From positions 1-46,196 of the IMG/VR virus record IMGVR_UViG_3300044487_000006: 46,196 nucleotides of DNA. One strand, given 5' to 3'. A program made the translations under genes and the position numbers. The notes beneath the pieces were generated by a model. It was not told the origin of the DNA, did no database searches, and saw only the letters and a program-made list of their open reading frames with translations. Source of the stretch: a virus (taxonomy: Duplodnaviria > Caudoviricetes). This document shows, one piece after another, positions 1 to 9,418 of the stretch; position 1 is the first letter of the stretch; every line of letters begins with the position of its first letter.

Positions 1-83
1 AGAAGCTCAAGCAGGAGAACGAGCTGGCCGCCATCGAGCGAACGGCCCCGACCAAGCCACCTAAGCCGGGAGATCTGCAATGA
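1..83 (+). CDS. 3' end of hypothetical protein (partial; probably continues the ORF starting at 45937)
   Basis: Frame 3 reads KLKQENELAAIERTAPTKPPKPGDLQ* and its TGA overlaps the ATG at 80 (ATGA coupling). Confidence 0.6.
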   Translation, partial: KLKQENELAAIERTAPTKPPKPGDLQ

Positions 84-697
84 GGCACGGCAAAACGGCT
101 GCAACAATAGAGCTGCTCAAGGCCCGCCTCGCCGCCGTCGAGAAGGAGCGAGACGAGGCGCGGTCTATCGACCATGCGTGGGGTCTGCTCGCTGCCGATT
201 TGGAGCAGGCTGTCATCACCATCGAGAAGCAGGCCGAGCAGCTACGGCTAGCGAAGGAGGCGCTGGAGAAGTTCGTCGAGGATGAGAACTGGCAGCGCAA
301 CACCGGCAAGCGACTTAACTTCCCGACCGAGGCGTATCGGCTTGGAGAAGACATTCTCGCCGCACTCAACGGACAGGGAGCGCCGCGTGAGCACCTGCTT
401 GCCGCCCATCGCCGCCTCGTAGAAGCCCAGCTTGCGCGCCAGGCCCTGCATCGTCTCGCGCTGGTACTGCCCGCGATCGACCTCCAGATTCAACGGAAGC
501 AGGCCGCACCAGCAGAGCGCCTCTACACCGAGACACAGGTGCGCGAGGCGATGGAGAAGGTGAAGGCGGCTGCGGTACAGCGAGTGGTCGATGAAATCCA
601 GAAACACCGCAACGCCGAGCGCCTGCTGCCCATCAACATGGCCGTCGCTCTCGACCTCGACGCCATCCTCGCCGCCATCACCAAGGAGATCAAATGA
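80..697 (+). CDS. hypothetical coiled-coil protein
   Basis: 205 aa ORF, ATGA overlaps at both ends, helical composition. Confidence 0.65.
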   Translation: MRHGKTAATIELLKARLAAVEKERDEARSIDHAWGLLAADLEQAVITIEKQAEQLRLAKEALEKFVEDENWQRNTGKRLNFPTEAYRLGEDILAALNGQGAPREHLLAAHRRLVEAQLARQALHRLALVLPAIDLQIQRKQAAPAERLYTETQVREAMEKVKAAAVQRVVDEIQKHRNAERLLPINMAVALDLDAILAAITKEIK

Positions 698-1056
698 CGA
701 CCAAGCCGATGGTGTACATGGAGCTGGATCACTACCTCTCGAAGCTGGACTACATCAAGAAGACAGAGAACGATCTGCATGACGAGTACCGCAAGCGGCT
801 CATCGCAGAGGAGGATGCGGCCGAGCTGCGCAAGCGGCTCGACCAGCAGTCGTTCACGTTTGGCGAGCGAGTCAAGTTGGCGACTGCTGAGCTTCGGGCA
901 GAGCTGGAGAAGGCGCGCGCTTTGCTCCCCGAGGCGCTGCTTCAGAAGCTCAAGGCGATGCAGCTTCTGGTCTGCCAGCGCTGCCACGGGGCGGGCTACT
1001 TCGACAATGATCCAACGAACAGGTGCATGTACTGCCACGGGACGGGCAAGTCGTGA
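694..1056 (+). CDS. coiled-coil protein with C-terminal DnaJ-type zinc finger
   Basis: CQRCHGAG and CMYCHGTG (two CxxCxGxG motifs); AAGGAG RBS. Confidence 0.75.
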   Translation: MTTKPMVYMELDHYLSKLDYIKKTENDLHDEYRKRLIAEEDAAELRKRLDQQSFTFGERVKLATAELRAELEKARALLPEALLQKLKAMQLLVCQRCHGAGYFDNDPTNRCMYCHGTGKS

Positions 1057-2651
1057 GACTCGAAGGACAGAGCCTGTACTGGGACAAGCCCGCCAGCCAG
1101 ATGAAGCTGGAGGCCGCCGCCATCCCGGGCCTCAAGGTCTTCAGCGGGCAGGCGACTGGCGACATCAGCGCTCTGTCCGCCGCCAAGGTGGCATTGGGCA
1201 CCAAGCCCCTCGTATTTACAGATCTCCAACTCTATGAGGAGCAGGCGTACCTCGCTGCATTCCAGAGCACGGTGAGCCGGCCCCTCCGCGAGTACCAGAA
1301 GAACGGGGTGTGGTGGCTGGCGAACACCCTGCGCTGGCACCAAGGGGCCATCCTTGCGGACGACATGGGTTTGGGCAAGACGCTCCAAGCGCTGACTACG
1401 ATGCGCATCCTGAACCCGGCGCGTGTGCTGGTGGTGTGCCCGGCTGCTGCTCGCGAGACGTGGCGGGACGAGCTGAAGAAGTGGGGCGTCGAGTCGGTCG
1501 CCGTGCTGTCCCCCGCTGCGATTCGCGAGTGGCGCTTCGCACCGAAGGCTCGGGTGGTGGTGTCGAGCTACGACCACAGGATTGTGGATCGCTGCATGGA
1601 CATCGCATTCGCGAACGACGTGCCGCAGATGGTCATCTTGGATGAGGCGCACCGAATTCGAGGGCGCAAGTCCAAGCGGAGCAAGAAGCTGGAGGACGTG
1701 CTGCCGCTGGCGAACTACCGGCTTGCCCTGACGGGTACGCCCCAGTTCGACAGGCCCCGTGATTTGTATCAGATCCTCCGCTTGCTGTTCGGCTACCGCT
1801 TCGGCAACCAGTACGACTTCGACCGCCGCTACTGCGCCGGCAAAATCAACACGCACGGCGGCATGGACAACGAGGGTGTGTCCAACGAAGAGGAGCTGAA
1901 GCTGCGGCTCAGCTACTACATGCTGCGACGCGAGAAGGCAGACGTGGCCAGCGAGCTGCCCGCCCTCACGAGACAGGTGCGGTGGGTGGACTGCACGCCA
2001 GAGGCGAAGCGCGCGTGGCACGCCGCGCACGTGGGCTTCAGCAAGTACAGCCTGCACACGGCGCTGGTCGCCACGCTCAAGGGCAAGATGGAAGAGGCGA
2101 TGGACCTCGCCGAGGAGGCCAAGCGATTCCTCCTACTGACGTGGCTGAAGGAGCACGCGCACCAGATGACGCGCGTCCTGAGCCTCGACCGCAAGACTCC
2201 CTGCGTCTGCATCACCGGGGAGATGTCAACCGAAAAGAGATCCGCGACTATCAAGGAAGCGGCGGCCAAGGGCTGGGGCATCGTCGGTACGCTGGACAGC
2301 CTGTCCGAGTCGCTGAACATGCAGGGTGTCGCGAGCGTGGGCATCATGCACTACATCCCGTGGGAGCCACGCAAGGCAGCGCAGGCCGAGGGCCGCCTGC
2401 ACCGGCTCGGGCAGGTGGACCCCGTGGTGTGGAACTACACGGCGATGAGGGACTCGGCGGACATGGCCGTGATGAAGACCTTCGTCCAGAAGCTGGACCA
2501 AGGTCGCGTGACTGTCGGGGAGAAGGCGAACCGCAAGCTGAGACACGACATCGGCGACGCTGTGGATGGGCCACAGTCGGTCGCGAATGAGAAGGCTGCA
2601 CTGGCGCAGATCTACAAGGAGATGGGCGATGAGAATTCGGGGCATGGTTGA
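1053..2651 (+). CDS. SNF2-family (SF2) helicase/translocase
   Basis: ILADDMGLGKT (Walker A), LVVCP, ILDEAH (Walker B), ALTGTP, QAEGRLHRLGQ (motif VI); GTG start overlaps the upstream stop. Confidence 0.93.
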   Translation: MRLEGQSLYWDKPASQMKLEAAAIPGLKVFSGQATGDISALSAAKVALGTKPLVFTDLQLYEEQAYLAAFQSTVSRPLREYQKNGVWWLANTLRWHQGAILADDMGLGKTLQALTTMRILNPARVLVVCPAAARETWRDELKKWGVESVAVLSPAAIREWRFAPKARVVVSSYDHRIVDRCMDIAFANDVPQMVILDEAHRIRGRKSKRSKKLEDVLPLANYRLALTGTPQFDRPRDLYQILRLLFGYRFGNQYDFDRRYCAGKINTHGGMDNEGVSNEEELKLRLSYYMLRREKADVASELPALTRQVRWVDCTPEAKRAWHAAHVGFSKYSLHTALVATLKGKMEEAMDLAEEAKRFLLLTWLKEHAHQMTRVLSLDRKTPCVCITGEMSTEKRSATIKEAAAKGWGIVGTLDSLSESLNMQGVASVGIMHYIPWEPRKAAQAEGRLHRLGQVDPVVWNYTAMRDSADMAVMKTFVQKLDQGRVTVGEKANRKLRHDIGDAVDGPQSVANEKAALAQIYKEMGDENSGHG

Positions 2652-2859
2652 GGACTGCTCGGTGGAGGGAGGGTACAGCAAGAAGGTCAAGCACCTGCTC
2701 TCCATCATGGATGAGATCCACAAGGTTCAGGACCGCATCACTGCCGAACTGGCCGCCAGCCGGGAGCGAGCGTTGGTGCTGACCAAGCTGGACGAGGCGC
2801 TGTTGTGGCTGTCAGAGACTGACGAGATGGGGACATGGGGACCTGAACATGGCGCGTAA
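2644..2859 (+). CDS. small helical-hairpin protein, Tad1/Acb2-hairpin-like
   Basis: SRERALVLTKLDEALLWL motif; start could be 2629 or 2644. Confidence 0.55.
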   Translation: MVEDCSVEGGYSKKVKHLLSIMDEIHKVQDRITAELAASRERALVLTKLDEALLWLSETDEMGTWGPEHGA

Positions 2860-3073
2860 GAAGGCAGTGAAGGTGAAGGCGAAGCCCGCGAACGAAGTCG
2901 CGGAGCTGCTGGACATCAGCTCGTGGTCCATCGGCGAGGCGTACCGCGAGCTTCAGGGGCTGATGCACGACTTGTCGCCCGAGTCGCGCATCGCCAAGCG
3001 GGACCGGGCGCAGACGGCGCTGGCCCTGTCGAACACCATCCACGGCTACATCAACTGCAAGTACGAGGGCTGA
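2849..3073 (+). CDS. hypothetical protein
   Basis: 74 aa ORF tiling the operon, genome-typical codon usage. Confidence 0.6.
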   Translation: MARKKAVKVKAKPANEVAELLDISSWSIGEAYRELQGLMHDLSPESRIAKRDRAQTALALSNTIHGYINCKYEG

Positions 3074-3075
3074 TC

Positions 3076-3165
3076 ATGTGGGAAGTTGTCCCCATCTATC
3101 TGTTCCTATTCCTTATCTCGTGGCAGTTGGGCGAGGTCATCCGACTCATGGAGAAGAAGAAATGA
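3076..3165 (+). CDS. small membrane peptide
   Basis: MWEVVPIYLFLFLISWQLGEVIRLMEKKK; fills the gap and is ATGA-coupled to the helicase. Confidence 0.5.
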   Translation: MWEVVPIYLFLFLISWQLGEVIRLMEKKK

Positions 3166-4724
3166 GCAGCTTCAGCACAGGCGGCGTCAAGAAGCAGCGG
3201 CGCAAGACGGCGGATCCACCCAAGGTCATTGCCTTGGACGACGGCACCCGCAAGTGGAGCGACCAGCAGCAAGCCATCTTCGAGTGGGCCAAGAACCCGA
3301 AGGGCAACCTGCTGGTCCGCGCCCGGGCTGGCACCGGGAAGACCACGACCATCATCGAGATGATGCGGCATCTGCCGTCGAGCAGCATCCTCCTGTGCGC
3401 GTTCAACAAGCGCATCGCTGAGGAGCTGACGAGCCGAGTGCCCGCCGAGTCGGGAGCGCACGTCAACACGCTGCACAGCCTCGGCTACCGGTTGGTCCGC
3501 CGCATCTGGCAGGCAGCGCTGGACGACAAGCGGGGCCTCAAGCTCGCCGAGCAAGGCATCCGTGACGTGGGCCTCCCCAACTGGCGCGAGCTGAACTGGG
3601 CGGCCAAGGAGCTGGCGTCCATCACCAAGCGGGTGTCGCCCTTCAGCGAGACGCCGCGCGACATCGAGCAAGTGATGCAGCTCGGCCTCGCCTTCAACTG
3701 CTTCGATGGCGTGGAGGACAATAAGTACGAGCCGGTGACCCGAGCTGCACTGCGAGCACTGGAGTTCGCGGCCAGCCAGAACGACGGCACCATCGACTAC
3801 GACGACATGCTGTATGTGCCGCTGCGTCGAGGGCTGACGAAGGGCGAGTACGAGTTCGTCATCGTGGACGAGGCGCAGGACATGAACCGGGCGCAGTTGG
3901 AGCTGGCGCAGCGCATCCTGAAGAAGGGCGGGCACCTCATCGTGGTGGGCGACGACCGCCAAGCCATCTACGGCTTCAACGGTGCGGACAAGGGCAGCAT
4001 CGACCGGCTCAAGCTCGCGTACGCAGCCAAGGAGCTGGGCCTCACCACCACCTACCGCTGCCCCTCGAAGGTCGTGGCGCTGGCGCAGCGCATGGTGCCC
4101 GACTTCAAGGCTGCGCCCTCCGCACTGGAAGGGACCATCCGCACCATGCGAGGCGGGCAGCACCTGCGCGAGGCACAGCCGGGCGACTTCATCCTGAGCC
4201 GGCTGAACGCGCCGCTGCTGGCCACGTGTCTGGAACTCATCGGCCTCGGCAAGAAGGCCAAGGTCGAGGGGCGGGACATCGGCCGCCGCCTCGTGGCGCT
4301 CATCCGCAAATCCAACGCGGTCAGCATCAAGCAGGCGCTCTCGTGGATGGAGAACTGGGCGCAGAAGCAGGTGCTCAAGGCGCAGAAGCGGGACGAACAG
4401 GACAGGGCAGTCGAGGCGCTGGACATCCAGCAGGCGATTCAGTTCCTCGCCGAGGCGTGCGACACGGACATGGTGTCGGAGCTGACTGGCAAGATCGAAA
4501 GCCTCTTCTCCGATGATGGGGTCAAGGCAGACACCATCACCTGCTCGACTGTCCACAAGGCCAAGGGGCTGGAGGCCAAGCGCGTCTTCATCCTCGCCGA
4601 CACCTTCAAGGGGGAGTGGGCGGGCGAGGGCGAAGAGGCGAACCTGAAGTACGTCGCAGTCACGAGGGCCATGTCGGAACTCGTGTTCGTGGATCCGCCG
4701 TGGAAAGGTGAGGACGAGAAATGA
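3162..4724 (+). CDS. UvrD/Rep-like SF1A DNA helicase
   Basis: ARAGTGKT, IVDEAQD, VGDDRQAIYGF, TYRCP, STVHKAKGLEA, YVAVTRA. Confidence 0.95.
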   Translation: MSSFSTGGVKKQRRKTADPPKVIALDDGTRKWSDQQQAIFEWAKNPKGNLLVRARAGTGKTTTIIEMMRHLPSSSILLCAFNKRIAEELTSRVPAESGAHVNTLHSLGYRLVRRIWQAALDDKRGLKLAEQGIRDVGLPNWRELNWAAKELASITKRVSPFSETPRDIEQVMQLGLAFNCFDGVEDNKYEPVTRAALRALEFAASQNDGTIDYDDMLYVPLRRGLTKGEYEFVIVDEAQDMNRAQLELAQRILKKGGHLIVVGDDRQAIYGFNGADKGSIDRLKLAYAAKELGLTTTYRCPSKVVALAQRMVPDFKAAPSALEGTIRTMRGGQHLREAQPGDFILSRLNAPLLATCLELIGLGKKAKVEGRDIGRRLVALIRKSNAVSIKQALSWMENWAQKQVLKAQKRDEQDRAVEALDIQQAIQFLAEACDTDMVSELTGKIESLFSDDGVKADTITCSTVHKAKGLEAKRVFILADTFKGEWAGEGEEANLKYVAVTRAMSELVFVDPPWKGEDEK

Positions 4725-5134
4725 AGACCAAGAGGTACATGTTGCAGCAAGAGCAGCACAAGAAGATCATCGGTCTGGAGCAGATGGTCCGTGACCTCAC
4801 CCGGGTTCACGAAAATTGCGGCGCGGAGGCATACAAGCTGCGCGACGAGACACACAAGCAGAAGCAGCAGATCCGCGACTTGGAGTTCGAGCTGAAGGAC
4901 CGCATGGAGGTCTACGACCGGCGCGTCAAGGAGCTGGAGAACATCATCGCCCATCGGACTCGGCAGCGCGACGAGTTCATGCGGGTGGCGCAGGACAACG
5001 AGGGCCAGCTCGCACAGATGTGGGCCACCTTCCGCATGGTCGTGAGTCGGGGCAAGATCAACATGCGTAATCCCCCGCCGCTGATGCTCAACGGCGCAGC
5101 CATCGCCGAGGATGGGCGGGGCAAGTTCCCATGA
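4721..5134 (+). CDS. hypothetical coiled-coil protein
   Basis: 137 aa ORF, ATGA-coupled on both sides. Confidence 0.7.
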   Translation: MKTKRYMLQQEQHKKIIGLEQMVRDLTRVHENCGAEAYKLRDETHKQKQQIRDLEFELKDRMEVYDRRVKELENIIAHRTRQRDEFMRVAQDNEGQLAQMWATFRMVVSRGKINMRNPPPLMLNGAAIAEDGRGKFP

Positions 5135-6093
5135 AGCCCGGCAAGAAGAAGGATCCACCTGTGCTGGTCGGCACGGGTGGGCGAACGGCAGCGGGTTCAA
5201 GCGCGACGGCTGAGGTGATGCGCTGCGTGAAGCTGTACCAGTACAGCCAAGTGCGGGGGCTGCGCATCCCGAAGGCGCAGGTGCCGGCGCACTTCGCCAT
5301 CGGCAGCCTGTTCGCGGCGATGCGGCGCGAGTGGTTCGGGCGGAAGTTCGACACGTCCGAGAAGGTCTGGACGTACCTGAAGCGCAAGTGCCAGCAGGAA
5401 GCCGAGGAGCAGAGGGAGCTGATCAACCAGAAGGACGAGGCCTTCGCCCTCGCGCTGATGGGCAAGTACATCGAGCACTGGTCCGTCAGGCCCCGGCCGA
5501 CGCCCCTCGCTGCGGAGCTGGAGCTGGGGCCCATCCCTCTGGTAAAGGGTGGCCCCTTCAACATGGCGCGCACTGCGAAGCTGGACGACCTGAGCAAGTA
5601 CCCCGAGGCGGGCGGCGCGCTGTGCATCGGCGAGGCGAAGACCACCAGCGGCGATGTCAACGCGGTCATCCGCGAGTACGAGCTGCACGTGCAGACCCTG
5701 CTGTACCAAGCCGTCTACCGGGCAGCCGAGCAGGGGCAGGTGCGCTACGGCAAGGTCGCGGGCACCGTGCTGGACATCGTGGTGAAGCCCGAGACGGGGC
5801 GCAAGGCGAGCTTCGCCCGGGTCTTCGTGGAAATCAGGCCGTCAGTGGTGGAAGCCTTCGTCGAGTCGGCGCAGTACTACCTCGCGATGGCGAACAAGGT
5901 GGACTGGGACACGCCGACGCCCCGGAACTTCGACAACTGCACGAAGATGCACGGGCGCATGAGGGTGGACTGCACCTTCAAGGACCTGTGCCGCTTCGGG
6001 TCCTCGGCGGCCGGCCGGTACGTGATGCCGGACGGCTCGCCACTTCGGAAGCACAAGCCCGTGCCGGGCGCGGAGCGAATGCCGTGGGAATGA
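5131..6093 (+). CDS. PD-(D/E)XK exonuclease, Cas4/RecB-like, probable Fe-S cluster
   Basis: N-terminal Cys (RCVKLYQY), KLDDL...GEAKTT, QTLLY, three C-terminal Cys (NCTK...DCTFKDLC). Confidence 0.85.
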   Translation: MKPGKKKDPPVLVGTGGRTAAGSSATAEVMRCVKLYQYSQVRGLRIPKAQVPAHFAIGSLFAAMRREWFGRKFDTSEKVWTYLKRKCQQEAEEQRELINQKDEAFALALMGKYIEHWSVRPRPTPLAAELELGPIPLVKGGPFNMARTAKLDDLSKYPEAGGALCIGEAKTTSGDVNAVIREYELHVQTLLYQAVYRAAEQGQVRYGKVAGTVLDIVVKPETGRKASFARVFVEIRPSVVEAFVESAQYYLAMANKVDWDTPTPRNFDNCTKMHGRMRVDCTFKDLCRFGSSAAGRYVMPDGSPLRKHKPVPGAERMPWE

Positions 6094-6272
6094 AGAACAA
6101 CAAGAAGGATGGGCAGATCACCGTGGGCGAGCTAGTCAAGCAGCTCATGAAGCTGGACCCTGACCTGCCGGTGCGGGTCGAGGGGTGCGACTGCACAGGC
6201 CCGTGCAGCGGCGCAGAGGTCGAGCAGTACGGGAAGGACCGCATCGTCATGATCCTGAGAGGTGACACGTGA
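6090..6272 (+). CDS. small phage protein (TVGELV..L..LDPDLPV family)
   Basis: ITVGELVKQLMKLDPDLPVRV, a pattern common in small phage proteins; coupled on both sides. Confidence 0.65.
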   Translation: MKNNKKDGQITVGELVKQLMKLDPDLPVRVEGCDCTGPCSGAEVEQYGKDRIVMILRGDT

Positions 6273-7147
6273 AAGAGCAGACCATCGAGTCGTACCAAGC
6301 GAGTGACTTCGCCAAGATGCTCGCCGTCGCCGGGTGGAAGGACGGCAAGACGGTGTTCCTCGCAGCCGGGGCGCTGGGCGTCCTGCCGTGGCAGAAGTAC
6401 GGCGGGGTGGTGGACGCCCCGGAGAACCTGCACATCATCGCCTGCGATGCTGGTGCAGCCACTGGTGTGGGGCCGTTCCTCGAAGCGTGCCATGCTCCGA
6501 AGGAGGCTTACAAGGCGCGGATCTACAACCTGCAAGATGACATCGCCCGCGTCTCGACCCTCACCACCGACATGGACTACACGCTGTACAACAAGTTCAT
6601 CGAGACGATCCACCTCATCGAGAGCCGAGCCAAGGGCATCCCGCTGGTGCTGACCTCTTCGCTGACGATGCTGGCGCAGGCGCTGGAGCGCAGCATCGCC
6701 GGGCCTCCGGGGGACCCATCGAAGGGCGGGCTGGGCATGGACCAGAACAAGTGGGCCGAGTTCGCCCGGCAGGTGAACGAGATCCGCAACATCCTCCAGC
6801 GAGACAAGTGGCACAGCATCTGGGAGGGCCACGTGTACAAGCCGCCCAACCTCGCGCAGGGTGGCGTCGAGAAGCAGGAGACGCTTCAGGTGTCGGGCAA
6901 GGCGGGTCACCAGTTCCCCATCAACGTCGAGCAGGTGCTCCGCATCCGCCGCATGAGGGGTGACGCGCACGGCGACACGGGCATCGACAAGGTGTACTTC
7001 GACACGAGGGCCGCGATGGACTTCGTGCCGGGCGGGCGTCTCTTCACGGAGAGGCTCGACCACAAGGAGGCGGACATGACGCTGATGTTCGCGAAGCTCG
7101 GCCTGAAGACGGGCCGTTGGGGGGACAAGAAGAAGGCGAAGAAGTAG
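6269..7147 (+). CDS. Sak4-like / AAA_24 P-loop ATPase (recombination)
   Basis: N-terminal AGWKDGKT P-loop, LVLTSSLTML (degenerate Walker B), located between exonuclease and SSB. Confidence 0.65.
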   Translation: MKEQTIESYQASDFAKMLAVAGWKDGKTVFLAAGALGVLPWQKYGGVVDAPENLHIIACDAGAATGVGPFLEACHAPKEAYKARIYNLQDDIARVSTLTTDMDYTLYNKFIETIHLIESRAKGIPLVLTSSLTMLAQALERSIAGPPGDPSKGGLGMDQNKWAEFARQVNEIRNILQRDKWHSIWEGHVYKPPNLAQGGVEKQETLQVSGKAGHQFPINVEQVLRIRRMRGDAHGDTGIDKVYFDTRAAMDFVPGGRLFTERLDHKEADMTLMFAKLGLKTGRWGDKKKAKK

Positions 7148-7195
7148 CTGTTCACCAAGCAGTCCAACCGCAGTAGATCTACAAGGAAGTGAATC

Positions 7196-7909
7196 ATGGC
7201 GAAGGGCGAGATGTCGTTCAGCACCGGAAGCGTGGACAAGAAGAAGCGGACGTTCGAGCCGTTCCCGGCCGGTGACCGGGAGCTGAAGATCATCGGCGAC
7301 TCGGTGGAGATCAAGAAGCCGCAGCCGTCGGCGAAGAACCCGAAGCCGGTCAGCTACGTGAACTTCCGGGCGGTCGCGCTCGGGACCGGCGTGGACGGGG
7401 GCAAGGACCGCTCCGTGTTCCACATGCTGTTCACCCGGATGGAGCCGGGCAAGGACGGCATCATCACCCCGCACTGCGTGGACCAGCTCAAGGGGCTGTG
7501 CGACGCGCTGGGTGACGACGGCACGTTCCCCATCATCGAGGAGAACGGGCAGAAGGTGGTGTCGCCGCTGGCCATCAAGAAGTACCTCCAGAAGCACAAC
7601 GGCGACACGCTGATGGCGCACGTGGCCATCCAGAAGGGCAGCAAGGACTACCCGAACCCGAAGAACGTCATCAAGGAGTTCCTCGCCGAGGGTGAGGGCG
7701 AGGCCAGCAGCGAGGACGAGGACGAGTCGGAGTCGGAGGACGAGTCGGAGGAGACGGACGACGCCGAGGAGAGCGACGAGGAGGGCGAGTCGGAGGACGA
7801 GGGCGACGAGGACGAGGCGGACGACGACGAGCCCGAGGAGGACGAGGACGAGCTGGAGAAGGCGGCCAAGGCGAAGAAGGCCAAGAAGCTGAAGAAGGGC
7901 AAGAAGTGA
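7196..7909 (+). CDS. single-stranded DNA-binding protein (DUF669/gp2.5-like) with long acidic tract
   Basis: FEPFPAG N-terminal motif, beta-rich core ending PKNVIKEF, D/E tract of about 55 aa; follows the Sak4-like gene. Confidence 0.75.
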   Translation: MAKGEMSFSTGSVDKKKRTFEPFPAGDRELKIIGDSVEIKKPQPSAKNPKPVSYVNFRAVALGTGVDGGKDRSVFHMLFTRMEPGKDGIITPHCVDQLKGLCDALGDDGTFPIIEENGQKVVSPLAIKKYLQKHNGDTLMAHVAIQKGSKDYPNPKNVIKEFLAEGEGEASSEDEDESESEDESEETDDAEESDEEGESEDEGDEDEADDDEPEEDEDELEKAAKAKKAKKLKKGKK

Positions 7910-7995
7910 CCGGGCCGGCGGCGGATCCCGGCAAGGGGGCTTGACCCCCGCTTCGTAGCACGCCAGCACAGGCGTGGTCCGCAGTGCATGTAGGG

Positions 7996-8026
7996 CCCCG
8001 GGGTGCAGAGTCACCCCGGGGTTTTT
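7996..8026 (+). terminator. intrinsic terminator
   Basis: CCCCGGGGTG-cagagt-CACCCCGGGG, perfect 10 bp stem followed by TTTTT. Confidence 0.8.
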
Positions 8027-8043
8027 CTCAAGGAGACTTTCAA

Positions 8044-8610
8044 ATGGGCACGAACAAGAAGGGCAACAAGGCGCTCGCACTTCCGCAGGCGTCCAACCGA
8101 GACAGCGCCATCTCGACCATCGGCGTGGCCGCCACCGACGTGCTCAGGAAGCTCGCCGAGGTGGTGTCGATGGAGAACCTCACGCCGGGCGAGCTGGCGA
8201 CGGTCTTCTACACGGCAGCCACCATCGAGAAGATCCTCACCGACAAGAAGAACGGCATCAAGGAGACGGCGCGCAAGAAGGTCATCGCCTACCTCAAGGG
8301 CAACGGCACCAAGGGAGCGGACAGCAACGTGCTGACCGCCATCGTCGGCGGCTGGGTGCTGAAGATGAACCCCTACCGCACGGGCTACAACCCCGAGCTG
8401 GTGGCGGCGCGCATCATCGCCAAGGAGGAGAAGCTGGAGAAGTACATGGTGAAGCAGATCAGCTACATCATGCCGGACAAGGACTCGGAGCAGATGCAGA
8501 AGCTGCGCAAGCTGCTCGGCGACGAGCTGGACAAGGAGTGCAAGTACGAGGAGAGCTGGACTGTCTCCTCGCCAACCCCGCTGAAGGAAGTCGAGGAGGA
8601 GCAGTCGTGA
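8044..8610 (+). CDS. hypothetical protein
   Basis: AAGGAG RBS at about 8030, strongly biased codon usage. Confidence 0.75.
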   Translation: MGTNKKGNKALALPQASNRDSAISTIGVAATDVLRKLAEVVSMENLTPGELATVFYTAATIEKILTDKKNGIKETARKKVIAYLKGNGTKGADSNVLTAIVGGWVLKMNPYRTGYNPELVAARIIAKEEKLEKYMVKQISYIMPDKDSEQMQKLRKLLGDELDKECKYEESWTVSSPTPLKEVEEEQS

Positions 8611-8786
8611 GGAAAGGTACGATCAGCAAGGAAGAGTTCACCAAGATGTACAAGGAGCTGACCGCCGAGTACGAGGAGTCGCTCAGGCGCATGAACGTCA
8701 AGAAGAAGCTGTTCGAAGATCTGTCGGCGGGCTTCCGCGACGGCGTGCGCGCCGGGCTGCTGGCTGGGATGGAGGTGGAGTCGTGA
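8607..8786 (+). CDS. hypothetical protein
   Basis: GTGA overlaps at both ends; GAGGAG RBS. Confidence 0.6.
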   Translation: MRKGTISKEEFTKMYKELTAEYEESLRRMNVKKKLFEDLSAGFRDGVRAGLLAGMEVES

Positions 8787-9418
8787 ACGACAAGGAGAAG
8801 CAGGAGAAGATCGCTGCAGTGCTGAACGAGCTGGGGTACGCCAGAGAGGCGGACCTCGACGAGGTGATGCTGGACCTCGCGAACCACAAGCTGAACATGA
8901 TCGCGCTGTCCAAGGCAGAGAAGACGCCGCTGGGCGTGGGGCCCATCAACCTCCAGCTCGGCGGCTCGGCCAGCTCGACCAAGTGCGTGGAGTTCTACTC
9001 CGCGCAGGAGATGAACGACTGGTTCGAGAAGAACGGCACCGGCCTCATCTGCATGGCGATGTTCCCGTTCAGCCGGTACGACCACCCGAACAACGACCTG
9101 ACCGCGCACCAGCAGATGATCTCCGGCATCATGTGCGTCGTGGCCGACGACATGGGCGGCGAAGAGAACGCCCAGAAGCGCGAGGACCTGCTGGAGTACC
9201 AAGGCGGGTGGGAGCGCTTCCGCCGTGAGAAGGAGGCCCTCCGCGCCGCGCGCAAGGTCACCGAGGCCGAGGCTGCGGCGAAGCTCAAGAAGGAGACGGA
9301 GGAGCTGGCCGCTGTGGGGCGCACCTGCAAGGAGCACCACGGCAAGCTGGCCGAGACGCTGCACGACCTGAAGAAGGAGATCAACAACCTCAAGAAGCAG
9401 CGGAGGAACGCCAAGTGA
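8783..9418 (+). CDS. hypothetical protein with C-terminal coiled coil
   Basis: 211 aa ORF, GGAGG RBS, coupled. Confidence 0.7.
   Translation: MNDKEKQEKIAAVLNELGYAREADLDEVMLDLANHKLNMIALSKAEKTPLGVGPINLQLGGSASSTKCVEFYSAQEMNDWFEKNGTGLICMAMFPFSRYDHPNNDLTAHQQMISGIMCVVADDMGGEENAQKREDLLEYQGGWERFRREKEALRAARKVTEAEAAAKLKKETEELAAVGRTCKEHHGKLAETLHDLKKEINNLKKQRRNAK

Noticed and set aside
5131-6093. Cas4-like gene as part of a CRISPR system
   Set aside because: No repeat-spacer array or other cas genes; the context is a standard exonuclease-Sak4-SSB recombination module
7911-7984. Cloverleaf-like stretch with CTTGA in a loop (tRNA-Ser-like)
   Set aside because: No TTCG T-loop in the right position, no D-loop consensus, a 5 nt anticodon loop and no CCA; not called a tRNA
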